Positions 23,401 to 37,446 of a stretch of DNA of 64,000 bases are shown here, piece after piece. Within the stretch, counting starts at the first letter, position 1; the number at the start of each line of letters is the position of its first letter. The stretch is from Elsinoe ampelina (lineage: Eukaryota), in contig ML992513.1 in the NCBI GenBank assembly GCA_010093995.1, forward strand, positions 431,203 to 495,202. Direction: 5' to 3'. A program made the position numbers and the translations under genes. Below the pieces are notes generated by a model that made no database searches, was not told the origin of the DNA, and was given only the letters and a program-made list of their open reading frames with translations.

Positions 23401-25472
23401 TCAGGTTGGGATCTTCTGTGAAGGGTACAGTTGTGACACGATTCCTCATAGTAGCAGGATCGTTGGCCGTCCTCGGCTGTTGCAGAGCTCTTGCTTGAGG
23501 CTCGTTGGCACTTGTCAGATCGCGGAGCGGACTTTGCGATCGATCTGTGCTATTCTTTTGACGATGCACACCATTTGTCGTTGGTGGAGGAGAGGCACTC
23601 TGTCCACCTTGCTGCTGGGGCTGGATTCGCGGTAGGCGAGATCCAGAACCAGCTGTCTCGCCATTTCGCGGATTATCTCGTGCATCAGATTCTTTCCTCT
23701 GCACGCCTTGCACAGGTTGCACACCTGGCTCGATTTGCTTGGGTGTAATGTTTCTGCTCTGGGGGATTTGCGATTTCTCGCCACTGGGCCGCCGGTGTCC
23801 TGGTATGCGGTCTGATTGTGCAGCTGGTAGAGCTACCGATTGGGCAGTCTGCTGCGATGCAGGCTGAGATGCAGCCTGACTTGATGAGTCTGCAGGATAG
23901 CGGATCTTGGTGGTATCCAGAAAGTATGCGAGACTTAGCTCGCCGGCGTCTCTGGGTGCCGAGCTGGGTTCACCGGCAAGTACGACGATCGTCTTTCCTA
24001 CAGCTGTCATGCTGTGGCCCGAGCGAGGTGACGGTGAAGGTCCCATGTTCTGGAAGGTATACCATCGCCGTGATGTGATTCGGAACGCAGCGAGGTCCCC
24101 AAGGTCGTTACCCTCTTCTGTCCGTCCACCAAACACGTACATTACGTCGCCTATGAGTGCTGCGGCGTGACCTTCTCGTGCGGTCGGGATATAGCCGATA
24201 CAATCGAGCTGAGTCCAAGCGTTAGTTCGTGCGTCGTACGACCACACGTCGTTGAACCAAGTAATGCCATCGGTGCCGCCAAAACTGGACACATGTTAGC
24301 GGGTCTTCGCTTTTGGTATGTCAGCGATGGCGACGTACAGGATGAGCTTGTCGTTCCAAGTGATCATGCTGTGATTCGTACGCGCTGGGGGTATTTGTCC
24401 ATGTGGTGGTCCGCCGTCGATCGTGTTTTGGACGAGGACTTCCCACTGATTGTTGGATTGCTGCAGAGCATTCAGGTCGAATGCGACTAGATCGTTAAAG
24501 AAGAAGCCTTCCACCTGACCTCCAAAAATGAAGATCTTGGATCCAAGTATGTTGAGGGTGTGGCCATATCTGCCAGGTGGACGTGGACCGGCTGGTGCTG
24601 CTCTCGACCATTGCTTCGTCGCTGTTCGCTGTCAGATGTGTAATAAAAGGCCGGTTTTTGCCACTTACATGTGTTGAGTAGATACAAGGTATCGTCCAGC
24701 AGGTCGCTCTCTTCTGTCTTGGTATCTCCGCCGAAGACGATAAAGGCATTGCCCACGAGCAGACTCGCGTGTCCGACTCTTGGCCCTGGCCCTTCTGACG
24801 TTGTTTGTACCGGGTAAGTGGCAAGATTACCTGAGCCAGCCTCTATCATCCACAAGTCGCCCTTGACGGTTGCGCCTTCTATGAGACCGCCCATGATGTA
24901 GATTGTGCCATCTCTTGATGCTACCGAGTTGATCGCAGGACCGTATCGTGGGAAGGGGTACGCATGCGGGACGCTGTAGGTAAGTTGACGTTGGGACCAA
25001 GGATACGGTGAAGGGTCGGGAGCAGGTCGCGAAGGCGGTGGCTGCGCTATCCGTGTCTATATGCGATGTCAGTGGCTTTCTGTCGGAACGTGGGATTGGT
25101 ACCCACAGGAGGAGGAGGCGCTCTCGGTTCAGAGTCGGCACGCTCTCGTTGTGGCTTGTGGTCCGGACTCGGTGTCTTTGAAATCTTCTCGAAACTGCCC
25201 TCCCTGCTCTCCTGCACGCGCGAAACGGACTTGTCCACAGGCCGCTCACCCATTGTGTTCGCAATGGAGCCATTCTGCTGTTGTACAGGTCCGCCAGAAG
25301 AGGTCGGAGATCGCGGTCGGACATTGAAGGTGGAACGCGGAGGTTCAGTGTTCAATGTTGAGAATGACGACGTGGGCGCCGAGGAGCCATCTGAAGATTT
25401 GATATTTCTCGTCGCTTGAGGCAGAGCGCTCGGTGTCGCTGCCTTCTTGGACGACTTGAAGAAGAAGGACAT
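20480..25472 (-). CDS. teaA: Kelch-repeat / coiled-coil cell-end marker (Tea1/TeaA/Kel1 family), multi-exon
   Basis: Kelch repeats (PRVGHASLLVGNAFIVFGGD, REGHAAALIGDVMYVFGG, PSPRSGHSM) across adjacent ORFs separated by introns, then a long coiled-coil C-terminus; starts MSFFFKSSKK. Confidence 0.9.
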
Positions 25473-27005
25473 TGTGAGGTTAGATAGAGGTGCGCGCGCG
25501 TCTATGAACGCTCGTCAAGCCCGGAGCCGCCAGCGGACGGACTGAGCATTCAGTCGGCAATTGTAGAGTCGATTTCGATGCGCGATGGCAGATATGATTA
25601 CAGCGGCGTCTGCGATAGACGTCCGATGCCGTCGTCCAGGTGTTTCTGTGAAGTTGCGAGTAGAGGAAGAATGTCTCGAAGTGCAGCGCGGCTGGGAATA
25701 ATCAGGCTAGTGTGGAAGCACGATCCGGGTCCCAAAAACTGGAAGAGGCGCGCCGGTACACCAATCGACGGGAGCTTCGAGTTCCCCGTCGGCTTCGATT
25801 ATTGAATGTATGGGGGATGGCCTTGTGTGACAGTCGCACCCGATATGCTCGAATTGGCTCGCTCGACAAATGAACAAAAGGTCACGAAGATCAGATCAGA
25901 GAATGCGGGAGAGATTGGATTGAGATGCGACGGCGCGAAATAAAGAATGGGCTGCAAGTGCTCAATCCTGCTGATTGGCCGACCAAAGACACTTGCACGC
26001 AACGGCCTGCGAACAGCACAACGGCTGGAGAGCTAGAAGGCACGCGTTGGCTACACTGATGAGGTGATCGCTTCCTGCTGTCGCTTTGACGCGATCAAGC
26101 GACTTTTTTGCCCCTCGAAATGAGGAATTGAGTGCAGCCATCAGCGTCAAGGGCATCAGAATGATCCGTCCCCCTGGAATCCTGGATAAGTGGACCTGCA
26201 GCTAAAGGTTCCCTTTACTTTTTGGCGCTGTTTAGCTGCACTAGTTTCAGACAGAGACCCTTGCTAACAGCACTGGAGTGGAGGTGCCCAAAAAAGATGG
26301 CTGCCAGATGCACACTCTTCCGTGGCGGATCTACGGTCCGTCACACCGATCTTGTGGGTCTGCTGCATGCCTCCTCCACCACTTTTGATCTCATTGCACC
26401 ATGCAAAGAGATTCGTTGGTAAGTGAGGACTGTGCTCTTATGATTGCATGGATCTTTGTATGTGTCGTAAGATAGTAATACGCAGAGGTGACATTGACGG
26501 ACGACCGTCTGCCTGTGCCTTTGTGCTGCACTAGATGCAAGGCTATCATGTTTGATTGTACATGGTATGAGTATCTGACAGTTCGCAAGTACTTGAATCA
26601 TAACTTCCAATCTTCTTTGTCGGTCCAAGCACATGTCAATACATTGACGAAGTAGTTATGGAGTGGAGATTCCACATGCTCTCGCCAAGCATTTCGCCCA
26701 CCATTAAGCGTCGGATCTCGGAGCTTGTCCCGCAATTTGGACACCTCCAGCCATGATCTGCCTTTGCCTACTTTACACATTACACATCTCTGCCTTGATG
26801 CAATTATAACGGTAGACACAATTATCTGAACCTCTGAGGACTCGGCAGCCCTACTCCAGTCACCCACCCGAAGCTCGACCTACAGGCGCGCGCCTGCCCA
26901 AACCGTGCTCAGTCGCACAAGACAATGCAACATGCGATCAGGATCCAGAATATTATAGAGCTCCAATGAGAGCTGTACAGCAATTAGGAACCTCGTCAGA
27001 CCGCC

Positions 27006-30000
27006 ATGGAGCTAGCTATCAGCTCAAACAATCGCAGAACTCGTCACGCGCGTTTTCACAGCGAGATCAACCATCTTGATCGAGACCAAGATCCCGAGGA
27101 TTCCGACTCGAGAGACCGGCCCAACAGTGCTCATTCGGGACCGGAGATTGGCCAAAATGGAGGAGATCAGGGCAAGAGATCGAATAATTGGCCAGGAAGG
27201 CGAGCTCCACCACCGGTGTTGAGGACCAAGAGCGACTTTGGGCCGCGGCATGACCCGGACAAGGACAACAGTAAGCATAGCCAGAGTGACGATGGCGATG
27301 AGGATGGGCCAAACATGCGACACGGCTGGGAGACACAGCTCACTAGTGAGGAGCAGGCTACTGCGCTGTCCCAGAATTTCTTCATGTACTGGACCGACAA
27401 GAGACATGATAATTTTCACAAAAAGCAGGAAGAGAATGTGGCCGAAGAATGGCGAATGAGAGATCGATTAAAGACGATCGGCGCTCTGCTCGCCGTATGT
27501 CTTAACATTGGGGTCGATCCTCCAGACATTGTCAAGACTGACCCTTGCGCGCGCCTCGAGTGCTGGATCGATCCGGTCCAGGATGTGCCGCAAGGGCAGG
27601 GCTCCGCTGGCGTAAACACCGCCATTGGCAAAGCTCTCCAATCCCAATTCGAAAATCTCAGCATGCGAACAAGATATAAGATGGTCATGGATCCCAGTGT
27701 CGATGATATGAAGAAATTCTGCACGACCTTACGGCGAACCTCCAAGGACGAACGAGTCCTGTTCCACTACAATGGTCATGGTGTACCCCGCCCGACCCCC
27801 GCAGGTGAGATCTGGGTCTTCAACCGCCACTTCACTCAGTATATTCCTATCTCTCTCTATGATCTCCAGACCTGGCTAGGTGCCCCTGGGCTCTATCTCT
27901 ATGACTGTTCGGCGGCCGGGCTCATCATCAAGAACTTCGACACGATGGCCATCAAGCATGACAAGGAGCAGCAAGAAGCTCGACGAAACGACCCATCGCT
28001 TCCCTACATCAACTTCCACGACAGTATCCACCTTGCCGCATGCCGGGAGAAGGAGATACTCCCGACTAATCCTGATCTGCCTGCCGATCTCTTCACCTCG
28101 TGCTTGACGACACCCATCGATATGGCTGTTCGCTTCTTCATCCTACAGAACCCTCTACCAGGAGGTCTGACTCTCGAGGAAGGTCGAAACATCCCCGGTA
28201 AAATATCTGAAAGGCGAACACCACTTGGTGAGCTGAATTGGATCTTCACAGCCATCACTGACACCATCGCCTGGAACTCACTGCCCAAACCTCTATTCAA
28301 GAAGCTGTTCCGCCAAGATCTAATGGTCGCTGCACTCTTCAGGAACTTCCTACTCGCACAACGCGTCATGCGTGCCTATCACTGCCATCCACAAAGTCAA
28401 CCAGAGATACCGGACACGCATGACAATCCGTTGTGGAGCAGCTGGGATTATGCTGTTGAAATGATTCTGAAGCAGTTGCCCGGACTAGTCGCTCAAACTC
28501 GAGACGGTAACGTCAATGATTTACAGTACAACCACTCCGACTTCTTTGCCGACCAACTAAGCGCTTTCGATGTGTACCTGACTCAGGGCGCCTTGGAGCA
28601 GAAGATGCCTGAGCAATTACCAATCGTGCTCCAAGTGCTCCTTAGTCAGGTGCATCGACTGCGGGCTCTGGTCCTCCTCAGCAAGTTCCTCGATCTAGGT
28701 CCTTGGGCTGTCAATCTTGCCTTGAGCATTGGTATATTCCCATACGTACTGAAGTTACTGCAGTCCCAAGCCCAAGAGCTTAAGTCGGTCATGGTCTTTA
28801 TCTGGGCTCGCATTCTCGCCATCGATCAGACTTGTCAAGCGGATCTTCTCAAAGACAATGGCTATCAATATTTTGTCAACCTTGTCAATCCCAGCTTTGT
28901 TCTTCCAAATTGTCCTAACATCGCCGAACACCGGGCCATGTGTGCCTTCATCATCGCGATCTTCTGCAAAGACTATCGACAGGGCCAAGCAGCATGCCTG
29001 AACACCAACCCGGAGATTATAGAATTCATGCTTTTCCACGCAGGCGAACGAGACGAACCGCTCCTTCGTCAATACGCTTGCCTTTGTTTAAGCATGCTTT
29101 GGAAGGATCATACCGAGGCCAAGTGGGCAGGTATTCGCGCTCAAGCGAATCAAGCCCTGGCTCGTCTTTGCTACGACCCGGTACCTGAAGTTCGTACGGC
29201 AATGGTCAACGCCATGACAAACTTTATCGGCATTCCGGATTTGACTGACCAGGTCGCTGAAGTTGAAGCGGCTGTGGCTGAAAGTCTTGTGCCAATGGCC
29301 GACGATGGCAATGTCATGGTTCGTCGAGAGTACGTGGTCTTCTTGTCGACTTTTGTATTTCGATACCGGGACAGAATGGTCGTCGCAACCTGGGAGGAGC
29401 TTGTGAATGAAAGAAAACGCCAGAGGAAGACGGAGGACGAAGCTCGTGAGACCGTTCCTGAGAGGAAGCCGTCTCATTCAAGTTCCGAGTCACATGATCA
29501 TCGCACCAACGGCTCACACATTCCACCCGTGATGCCGAAGCAGAACATTTACCTGACCATCTGGCGTCAAGCACTTGTTCTCAGTGCGGATCCGCATCCC
29601 GACATCGCGCAAGATGCATCTGTCATAGTTGATTTTGTGCTCGATGCGTTGTTCAATGGACCACTGGGGAAGACCGCACTCCAAATTGTACGCGTCATTG
29701 CCGAGAAGGAGAAGCTGGCTCGAGAAGAGAACGAAGCCGCAATGCAGAGACAGCTTGAGAATAGTAGACTGGCGACTACTCCTGCTGCATCCTCGCCATT
29801 GGCATCATCACCCAACAACAAGAACGACGGATATTTCGCAGCAGGCTTACGTCGCACTGCTTCTGTGGCCGCCTCGATCAGCAACCTTGCCAAATTCGGG
29901 TCTATGAAGGAGAAAGGACAACCAACCTCGCCAACACCCTCAAATCGCTCACCACCAAAGCGGCCGAATCCTCGCGCACCAGTACCACACGAATGGACCG

Positions 30001-31427
30001 TGCCATCTACTATGCTTGATCCTACTCCATCGGCCATGGCGTATCCGGAGGCAAGACCTGCGATCACTCCGGGCTTCATCCCCCGCGATCTGTCTGCCAC
30101 ACCAATGATGCCTCTAGCAAGCAATTTCCTCTCTTTCTCCCTGGCATACTTCCGGGAACCACAGATGCGGCCGGCCGAGGCAGATGAACCAGGTTCCACA
30201 GACTTCAATGAACGCATCTGGCGCCGCTCTCGCAATGATCGCATTATCGCTTCTACCCAGCCCCTCAAAGATATGGCTGCAACTGGTCGATGGAGTGCGC
30301 CATCTGCGGTCTTGTCGAACAACGCGCCAATTTCCAAAATTGTCTTTCACCAGTTCGAGCCTCATGTTCTCCTTTCTGACGATCGAGAGACAATCACAGT
30401 CTGGGACTGGGAAGCAAACAGGCGTGTGTCGAGATGGAGGAACGAGAATCCCAAAGGAAGCAGAATCAGCGATCTTCGTTTTGTCAACGAGGACGACGTA
30501 GCTCTTGTGCTTGCGGGAAGCAGTGACGGCGTTGTTCGGATTTACAAGGACTACGACAATCGCAAGGTCGAACTCGCCGCTAGCTTCAGAGCCTTGACAG
30601 ACCTGGTACCAAGCACTATCAACAGTGGATGTGTCTGTGAATGGCAACAAGGACAAGGTAGACTACTTGTTGCTGGGGATGTAAAGATGATCAGAGTTTG
30701 GAGTGCTGCCACAGAGTTGTGCGTCACTGACATTCCGGCACGAAGCGGCAGCAATATTACAAGCTTGACGAGTGATCAAGTTGAAGGGAACATCTTCGCT
30801 GCAGGATTCGGCGATGGAGCTATACGAATTTTTGATGCGAGATGCAAGCCTGGTGAGAGCATGGTCAGAGTGTACAAAGACCACAGAGGTTGGATCGTTG
30901 GATGTCATCTGCAAAGAGGCGGGATGCGAGAGCTAATCAGTGCTGAGAGAGCTGGACCGGTCAGACTCTGGGATATCAGGATGGACAAGCATGTCGGTCT
31001 CGTGAACGGAAAGGGAGGAGGAGGTGCCGGTACCTTGAGAAGCCTGAGCGTGCATGAGCATGCTCCTGTCTTCGCAACGTGAGTATGTCGAAGGCGTCCA
31101 CTGATCAAGATGCTGACAAATTGCAGCGGCACATCGCACAATGCCTTGCGCGTCTTCTCAACGACCAACATTGGGTCGGATATCAAAGAGTCTTCGAAGC
31201 CCATTACCACAATTGAGCCTGGTGCATCGAATCTCTTGAGCGGCTCAACCCACAATCGCGCTACGCCCATTACGGCTACAGCTTTCCATCCACACCGCAT
31301 GATGCTTGCGTGCTCAGTTCTCGGCGAAGGTCAGGTCAATATCTTCAAGTGCGTCAGTCGAGATGGCCGGTCTACCGAATTGAGACCCAAGGCCTCTACG
31401 AACTACGTCCGCGAATGGGATTCTTAG
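27006..31427 (+). CDS. KOG1: TORC1 subunit Raptor
   Basis: Raptor N-terminal domain (WRMRDRLKT...CLNIGVDPPD, LFHYNGHGVP, PADLFTSCLTTP), HEAT region (LPIVLQVLLSQVHRLRAL), C-terminal WD40; last intron at ~31079-31126 leads to the AFHPHRMMLA exon. Confidence 0.96.
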
Positions 31428-31863
31428 GCAGCATCCCTTCCTACGGCTCTTACGGAGGAGAAAGCAGAGAAGAAGAGAGGAGGTTTGACCAGGAGCTACT
31501 CGACCCCAATTTGGAGGGGCGAAAGGCTTGCAACTCTCGTTGAGAGTCCTTTGGAGCTGTACTCGGCCTCAGGGTAGCATGGCGTTTTGGCCTGACATTC
31601 ACTTGGAGCGGCATGTCCCTGCATGGAGGCGATAGTACGCTGCTTTTCGCTTGCTGTCCTCAAACATCTTTTTCATAGCGATGGCGTAAGGGGAGCCAAG
31701 TGGGCCAGTCAACATGGCAGTAATTTTCGGTATAGCAGTCACATAATGCGTAGTCAACGAATCTTCTTAATCAGTCTTTACCGCCCTTTCGCATGGTATC
31801 ATTAAACGCCTGCCCAACAACTCCCATCTAACACTGCCAAACCCATCGACCTCACACAGTCTC

Positions 31864-32592
31864 TCAACACACAGCCCTCAACACCCCCTCAGCAGCCCTA
31901 TTCCACCTCCCCTTCGCCTCCACCTCATCCATCACCACCTCCCCACTCCCCCTCCGTCTCCTCATCTCCCCCACCTCCCTGACCAGCACCCTCTTCCTCT
32001 CCTCCACCCCCTCCATCTCCCTCTTCAACCGCTCCACATCCCCCCTCCTCCTCTCCAATTCGACCCTACACTCCTGCACCCTCCTCGCCACCTCCTCCCC
32101 TTCCGCTTCCCTCTCCCTAACCACCTCCCTCGTCTCCTTCAACCCCATCCTCATCTCCACATCCCCTTCCTCCTCCGGCCGCAGCGCAAGCAACTCCTCC
32201 TTCCTCCCTAGCAACCTCTTCACCTCTCCTTCCACCCCTCGCACCCCCCGCCTCCTCCCCTCCTGCCCCAACCACCGTTCCGCGACCCCTCTACTCCTCT
32301 CTTCCAGCCCGCACAGCATGGTGGCAATATCCCTCTTCTTGCCCTTGAGCCGCGCCTTGTCCCCGACGAGCTTGGTCTCGAGCGCGAGGAGCTCCCCGCC
32401 GGCGACGAAGAGAGGTGGGTCCGAGGACGCGGCTTTCAGGAGGCGTTCTTTGGTCACGGATTCGGTGTAGGAGAAGCGGAGTTTGGTGAAGAGGTCCCGG
32501 TGGTGTTGGAGGTTGGCGGTGAGGTCGGTTGGGGTGTCGGTTTGGGAGGGGAGGTGGGTGATGGAGAGGGGAGGGGGGGCGAGGGAGGTCAT
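31864..32592 (-). CDS. sos7: Kinetochore protein Sos7/Kre28-like
   Basis: HRDLFTKLRFSYTESVTKERLL motif followed by a coiled coil. Confidence 0.8.
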   Translation of the reverse strand: MTSLAPPPLSITHLPSQTDTPTDLTANLQHHRDLFTKLRFSYTESVTKERLLKAASSDPPLFVAGGELLALETKLVGDKARLKGKKRDIATMLCGLEERSRGVAERWLGQEGRRRGVRGVEGEVKRLLGRKEELLALRPEEEGDVEMRMGLKETREVVREREAEGEEVARRVQECRVELERRRGDVERLKREMEGVEERKRVLVREVGEMRRRRGSGEVVMDEVEAKGRWNRAAEGVLRAVC

Positions 32593-33484
32593 GATTCGGG
32601 AGTGAGGGGAGGTTGGTTTGTGGTGAGAGGGGGAATGAGAGTGGTGATAGTTGTGGTGTTGGTCGTTTAATTGGGTGTGGAATTGAAGAGGTCGTGTGGT
32701 GATGTTGCTGTTGGAGAGCTTAAGTTGTTTACTTTTGTTGACATGTGACGTCAGGGAATGGCCGCATCCGCATCCGGAACGGACTACTGGCCCCGGGCCG
32801 GCGCCTAGCTCTACATAAACAATTTACGCCTCCCAGCGGCTAGAGTTGAATAGAATGAATGTTGATCGTGGGCGGTTAACCAGATTAAGGGTGCTGTGTG
32901 TGCCAATTTGCATTCCGCGCCCAATCAGAGGGACAGAATACCCGCCGGTGCATGTGTTGGGCGTCTAGATACGTTCGGTCACAGGAGGAGAGGGTCGCGG
33001 TACGTCGAAAACACTTGGTTCGCGACACGACTCCATCTGCTCTGAGCGCTTTGCGACACACTGACGTCCCTTGTTCCAGCACTACTCTTCGTCAGGATGT
33101 AAGTCTCAACGACAGATGGCAGAACGAATGCTTGCGATGTCGCAGGTGCACCTATATCACCACGATCAAAGTCACCATCGGACCCAATGGCGAACAACGA
33201 ATCCAGAGAATCAGAGAGCTTCGAGATTGTCACAGCTCATCATGCGAGACCTCTGCCTCATACTCGGGTACCAGAAGTGCTGATTGGGAGCTTGTCTGTT
33301 CCTTTGGCATGAGTAGAACGTATTTTGATCAGAAAGGTGTCCATGGACAAGAATGATCACAAGAAATGTGTCAACATGGCATCCACGCGCATATGAGATT
33401 GATTCGGGGGGATCAAGGCAGCTCTTGGGAGGGTTCGTGACAGATGTTCGATTCTGTGTATCAAATCTCATCTTTTGATACATT

Positions 33485-34328
33485 CTATTGAAGCGGGACT
33501 ATCCGATCTACATTTCCCTTATTTGATGCTCGGGAGTTCTGCTGTTTCAGCCAGCCATGAATCTTGTCTAGCGCGATCATATCGTGTTGTGGATGTGAGG
33601 TAGTGAAGTCTTCGTCAATCCAGCCCCTAGTGCCTGCTGTGATGAGCTGTTGGCCCACTTCTCGACAAGAGCCAAAATCGATGACGTAGACTTTGTCGTC
33701 GTCGTCGACCATGATATTTGCAGGGTTAAGATCGTTATGTGCCAGGTTAAGAGAATGTAAATGCCGTACCACAGACGTAACGCTATCCATGCATTTATCG
33801 ACATCGAAAGGCCTGTTGGCGACTCCCATTCGTTGATATAGAGTCTCAGACAGTCGCTTGAAAGCAAGACATACGATGCGGTCCCGCCTGATCACACAGC
33901 CGTAGTAAGGCACGATATTACCATGGGGACAACTCTGGAGTACCTCGAGAATTCTGACTTCGTTTAACGTCAACTTCGGCAGAAGACCAGTATTTTTGAA
34001 GGCGACATTGAGCATTGGCCCTTTCAAATAGAGGCCGTCGCTGGCTAGATCAGTGATCGTCGTGATGTCCATTGGTGCAGATGGATAGACATCGTCATCA
34101 GACAACAACTCTAGACTCCGGCTGATGTCTTCTGAGCATAATTGCTGTTTCCGCAGATTGCATTGACCGAAATACGCTTCGTAGTTATGAGTAATGTAGC
34201 CAAATGACGAGAAGAGGAAAATGGGATTGCCGTTCTCATCGTCTTCCTCCGAGAATGCTTCGTAAAGCGGGCGTAGATCTCTCGCTGTTAATGTGAGTGG
34301 TAGTTGGCGGTTCATCTTTGTCGACATT
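33485..34328 (-). CDS. Short fungal protein kinase-like protein
   Basis: LYLK, alphaC Glu (NEVRIL), HGNIV, HNDLNPANIM, IDFGS, GTRGW; no Gly-rich loop and a truncated C-lobe; start uncertain. Confidence 0.8.
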
Positions 34329-34369
34329 TGCAGTCGGGACACCAGCAGTGTGAGCGAGAAATAAGAAAA

Positions 34370-34630
34370 CGTACTTAGTTGCGGCAGGTTCTGCTTAACC
34401 TAATCTGGCTTAGGTAAAAGGTATGGAATGTCTAATAAGATATGTAAGAGAGAGGATTAGTAGATATGTATATAAGTCCTCTCGCCTAGGAGAAGACAAC
34501 TTAATAGTAGAAATAGACTTACTAGAAGAGAGGCCCTAGATATAGAGCTATAATTTATAGGCGACCTTATCTTAGCCTTAGCGTAGGGAAGCGGACCAGG
34601 CTAAAGTATTAGATCTCCGGAAGGTCTAAG
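34370..34630. repeat. Small RIP-mutated repeat relic
   Basis: Local TpA-rich, CpA/TpG-poor patch within GC-balanced DNA; no termini recognised. Confidence 0.55.
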
Positions 34631-34827
34631 CGGGTGAATTACGCCCGAGTCGGGCGGCAATTGTTGCCTGTTCTGGCAACAGACTCCTTGTAAAGTCATA
34701 GGATTGGAGAATTGGCCTCTTTGCGGAGGATGCGACTTCTTCGTCCATTGTTTGCTGATGGTAGGAACGCGTCTTTTGGGGAATTCAGATTTAAGAACCA
34801 GTTGTCGATCATCATGCGACTACTGTC

Positions 34828-35960
34828 ATGCCGGAAGATACTCCTTGGACCGACGATTACGTCGCCGCTTTGCTCACGCAAGATGCAAAGGATGTCTCCT
34901 CGCGCACCGCCACGGGGTCCCGTGGGGGAGTGAGCAAAAGGTCGGTGGATGCAACGCGATCCAGCTGACGGAGATCATCGTGCTTGCGAAGAATTGTTAA
35001 ACGGACGCTGACCGCGACAGGCCAGCGAGCACCGCCAAACCCAACACCCGATTCCTGCGAAACATCCTACGGGACACGGACGCGCACAATGCAGCACTTC
35101 TGGCACGGGAAGAGGAGGAGTCGAAAGCGAGACTGAGGGCTTTGGACCCTAAAAGGAAGCGGAGGGCGGAACAACAGGTCTACTCCGTCTGGGCGAGAAG
35201 AGAGGGTGGTGAGAGTTTCAAGCGTCGAAAAGTGGACGATGAAAAGGAGCATCATGACGAGTCGAGGAAGCGGCGAGACGATCACAAGGAGGGGCGATCA
35301 GCAGATGTGAGGAGAGTCACGGACGGCAGAGACAAGCGTTCCAGCGTCAGTAAGGGCCACTCAAACAACACGGAGCGAACGAGCAAGAGCAAGCGCAGCA
35401 GAGGGCAAAGTCCTCTCCAGGAACGAGAAGGTATGAAGGAGGCACGCAACCGACAACGCTGTAGACCCAGGTCGAGGGATACGAGTCACAGGACGAGTAG
35501 GAAGCAGCGGTCTCGGTCACGGTCACCTGCTCGAAACACGCATACAGAAGACAGACTCTCACAGAGGCGGAGCAGGAAGCGTGAGCGATCCGTTTCTTCG
35601 GCTTCGGAGACATCCTTGGGCCCTCGTCGGGCATCACAGTCGCCTCCTCTGCGATCTCGAGGTCGCGGCGTCAGCACGCCGGTCAGGACTATAGACGCTC
35701 ATTTTGAAGAGGGCTACGACCCATCAGCAGATGTGCAGCCAGATGAGGACGCTGATGATTGGGACCAAGCACTCGAGGCTCTGAAAGATAGACAAAGGTG
35801 GAAGCAGAAGGGTGCTGATCGATTGAAGGCTGCTGGCTTCTCCGAGGCAGAGGTCAAGAAATGGAGAGGAGGAGAATCCGAGTTGTTGGATGACTTCCGA
35901 TGGGCAAAGAAGGGAGAAAGCAGAGAATGGGACAAGGGGAAAGAGCTTGATGTGGACTGA
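34828..35960 (+). CDS. Conserved fungal RS/charged protein (often annotated PRP38B-like), 2 exons
   Basis: MPEDTPWTDDYVAALL...; intron 34941-35020; KPNTRFLRNILRDTDAHNAALL; RS-rich middle; C-terminal DWDQALEALKDR...RWAKKGESREWDKGK. Confidence 0.75.
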
Positions 35961-36059
35961 ATGAGGGCAAAGTCCAAACGCACCGGTGGCTCAATGCAAT
36001 TTTCGCTTGAGCAATGTGACTGCCCTGACATGCGTGCTTGTACTAAGATGTGGAGGTAG

Positions 36060-36909
<850 letters not shown>

Positions 36910-37446
36910 AGGACGACCTGCGTACGACATCGCCGAAGCATGACAATTGAGTGATGGGCATGGCGCATTGGGAGGAGGCATGTGGGATGGTAGGAAGCAT
37001 GTGATTGAGGATGGTTGCGGTAGAGAAGGGAGATGAAGACCCAGTGATCGATGGCGGATCATGGGTGCTCAAAAGCTGCTCATGGGAGATAAACCAGAGT
37101 CGGCAGTCATGTCATGGCGTTCGTCATGGGAAATGCAAGTTTCATTTCAAGCCATGCAGTCTTGGTGATTGGAAGGCATGTCGTCGCGGGCCGGTTGCCT
37201 TTCGTGCACATTTTTATGTCTGCTCTATGATGATGCCGGAATGATCATGAAAAACAACATCAGCGTTGTAAGATACGTGCAACGTAGAGAATCAGGCTTG
37301 GCGGCTCGGCGGGGCAGGCAACCGCGTAACGTGGTTGCCACGACTACTGTTGCCTTTCGAGATGAGAACACTTCCCATTACAGCTTCCATTCTGCCATAT
37401 ACCGATCACTTGGTGCGTCAAAGTAAATGGACACTGGCTCACTGCA

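Noticed and set aside
20058..31543. Numerous antisense and nested ORFs over teaA and KOG1
   Set aside because: Shadow frames of long GC-balanced coding sequences with no independent motifs.
32898..33356. Cys-rich 152-aa ORF
   Set aside because: Non-ATG start in the track, no recognisable motif and no convincing splice model.
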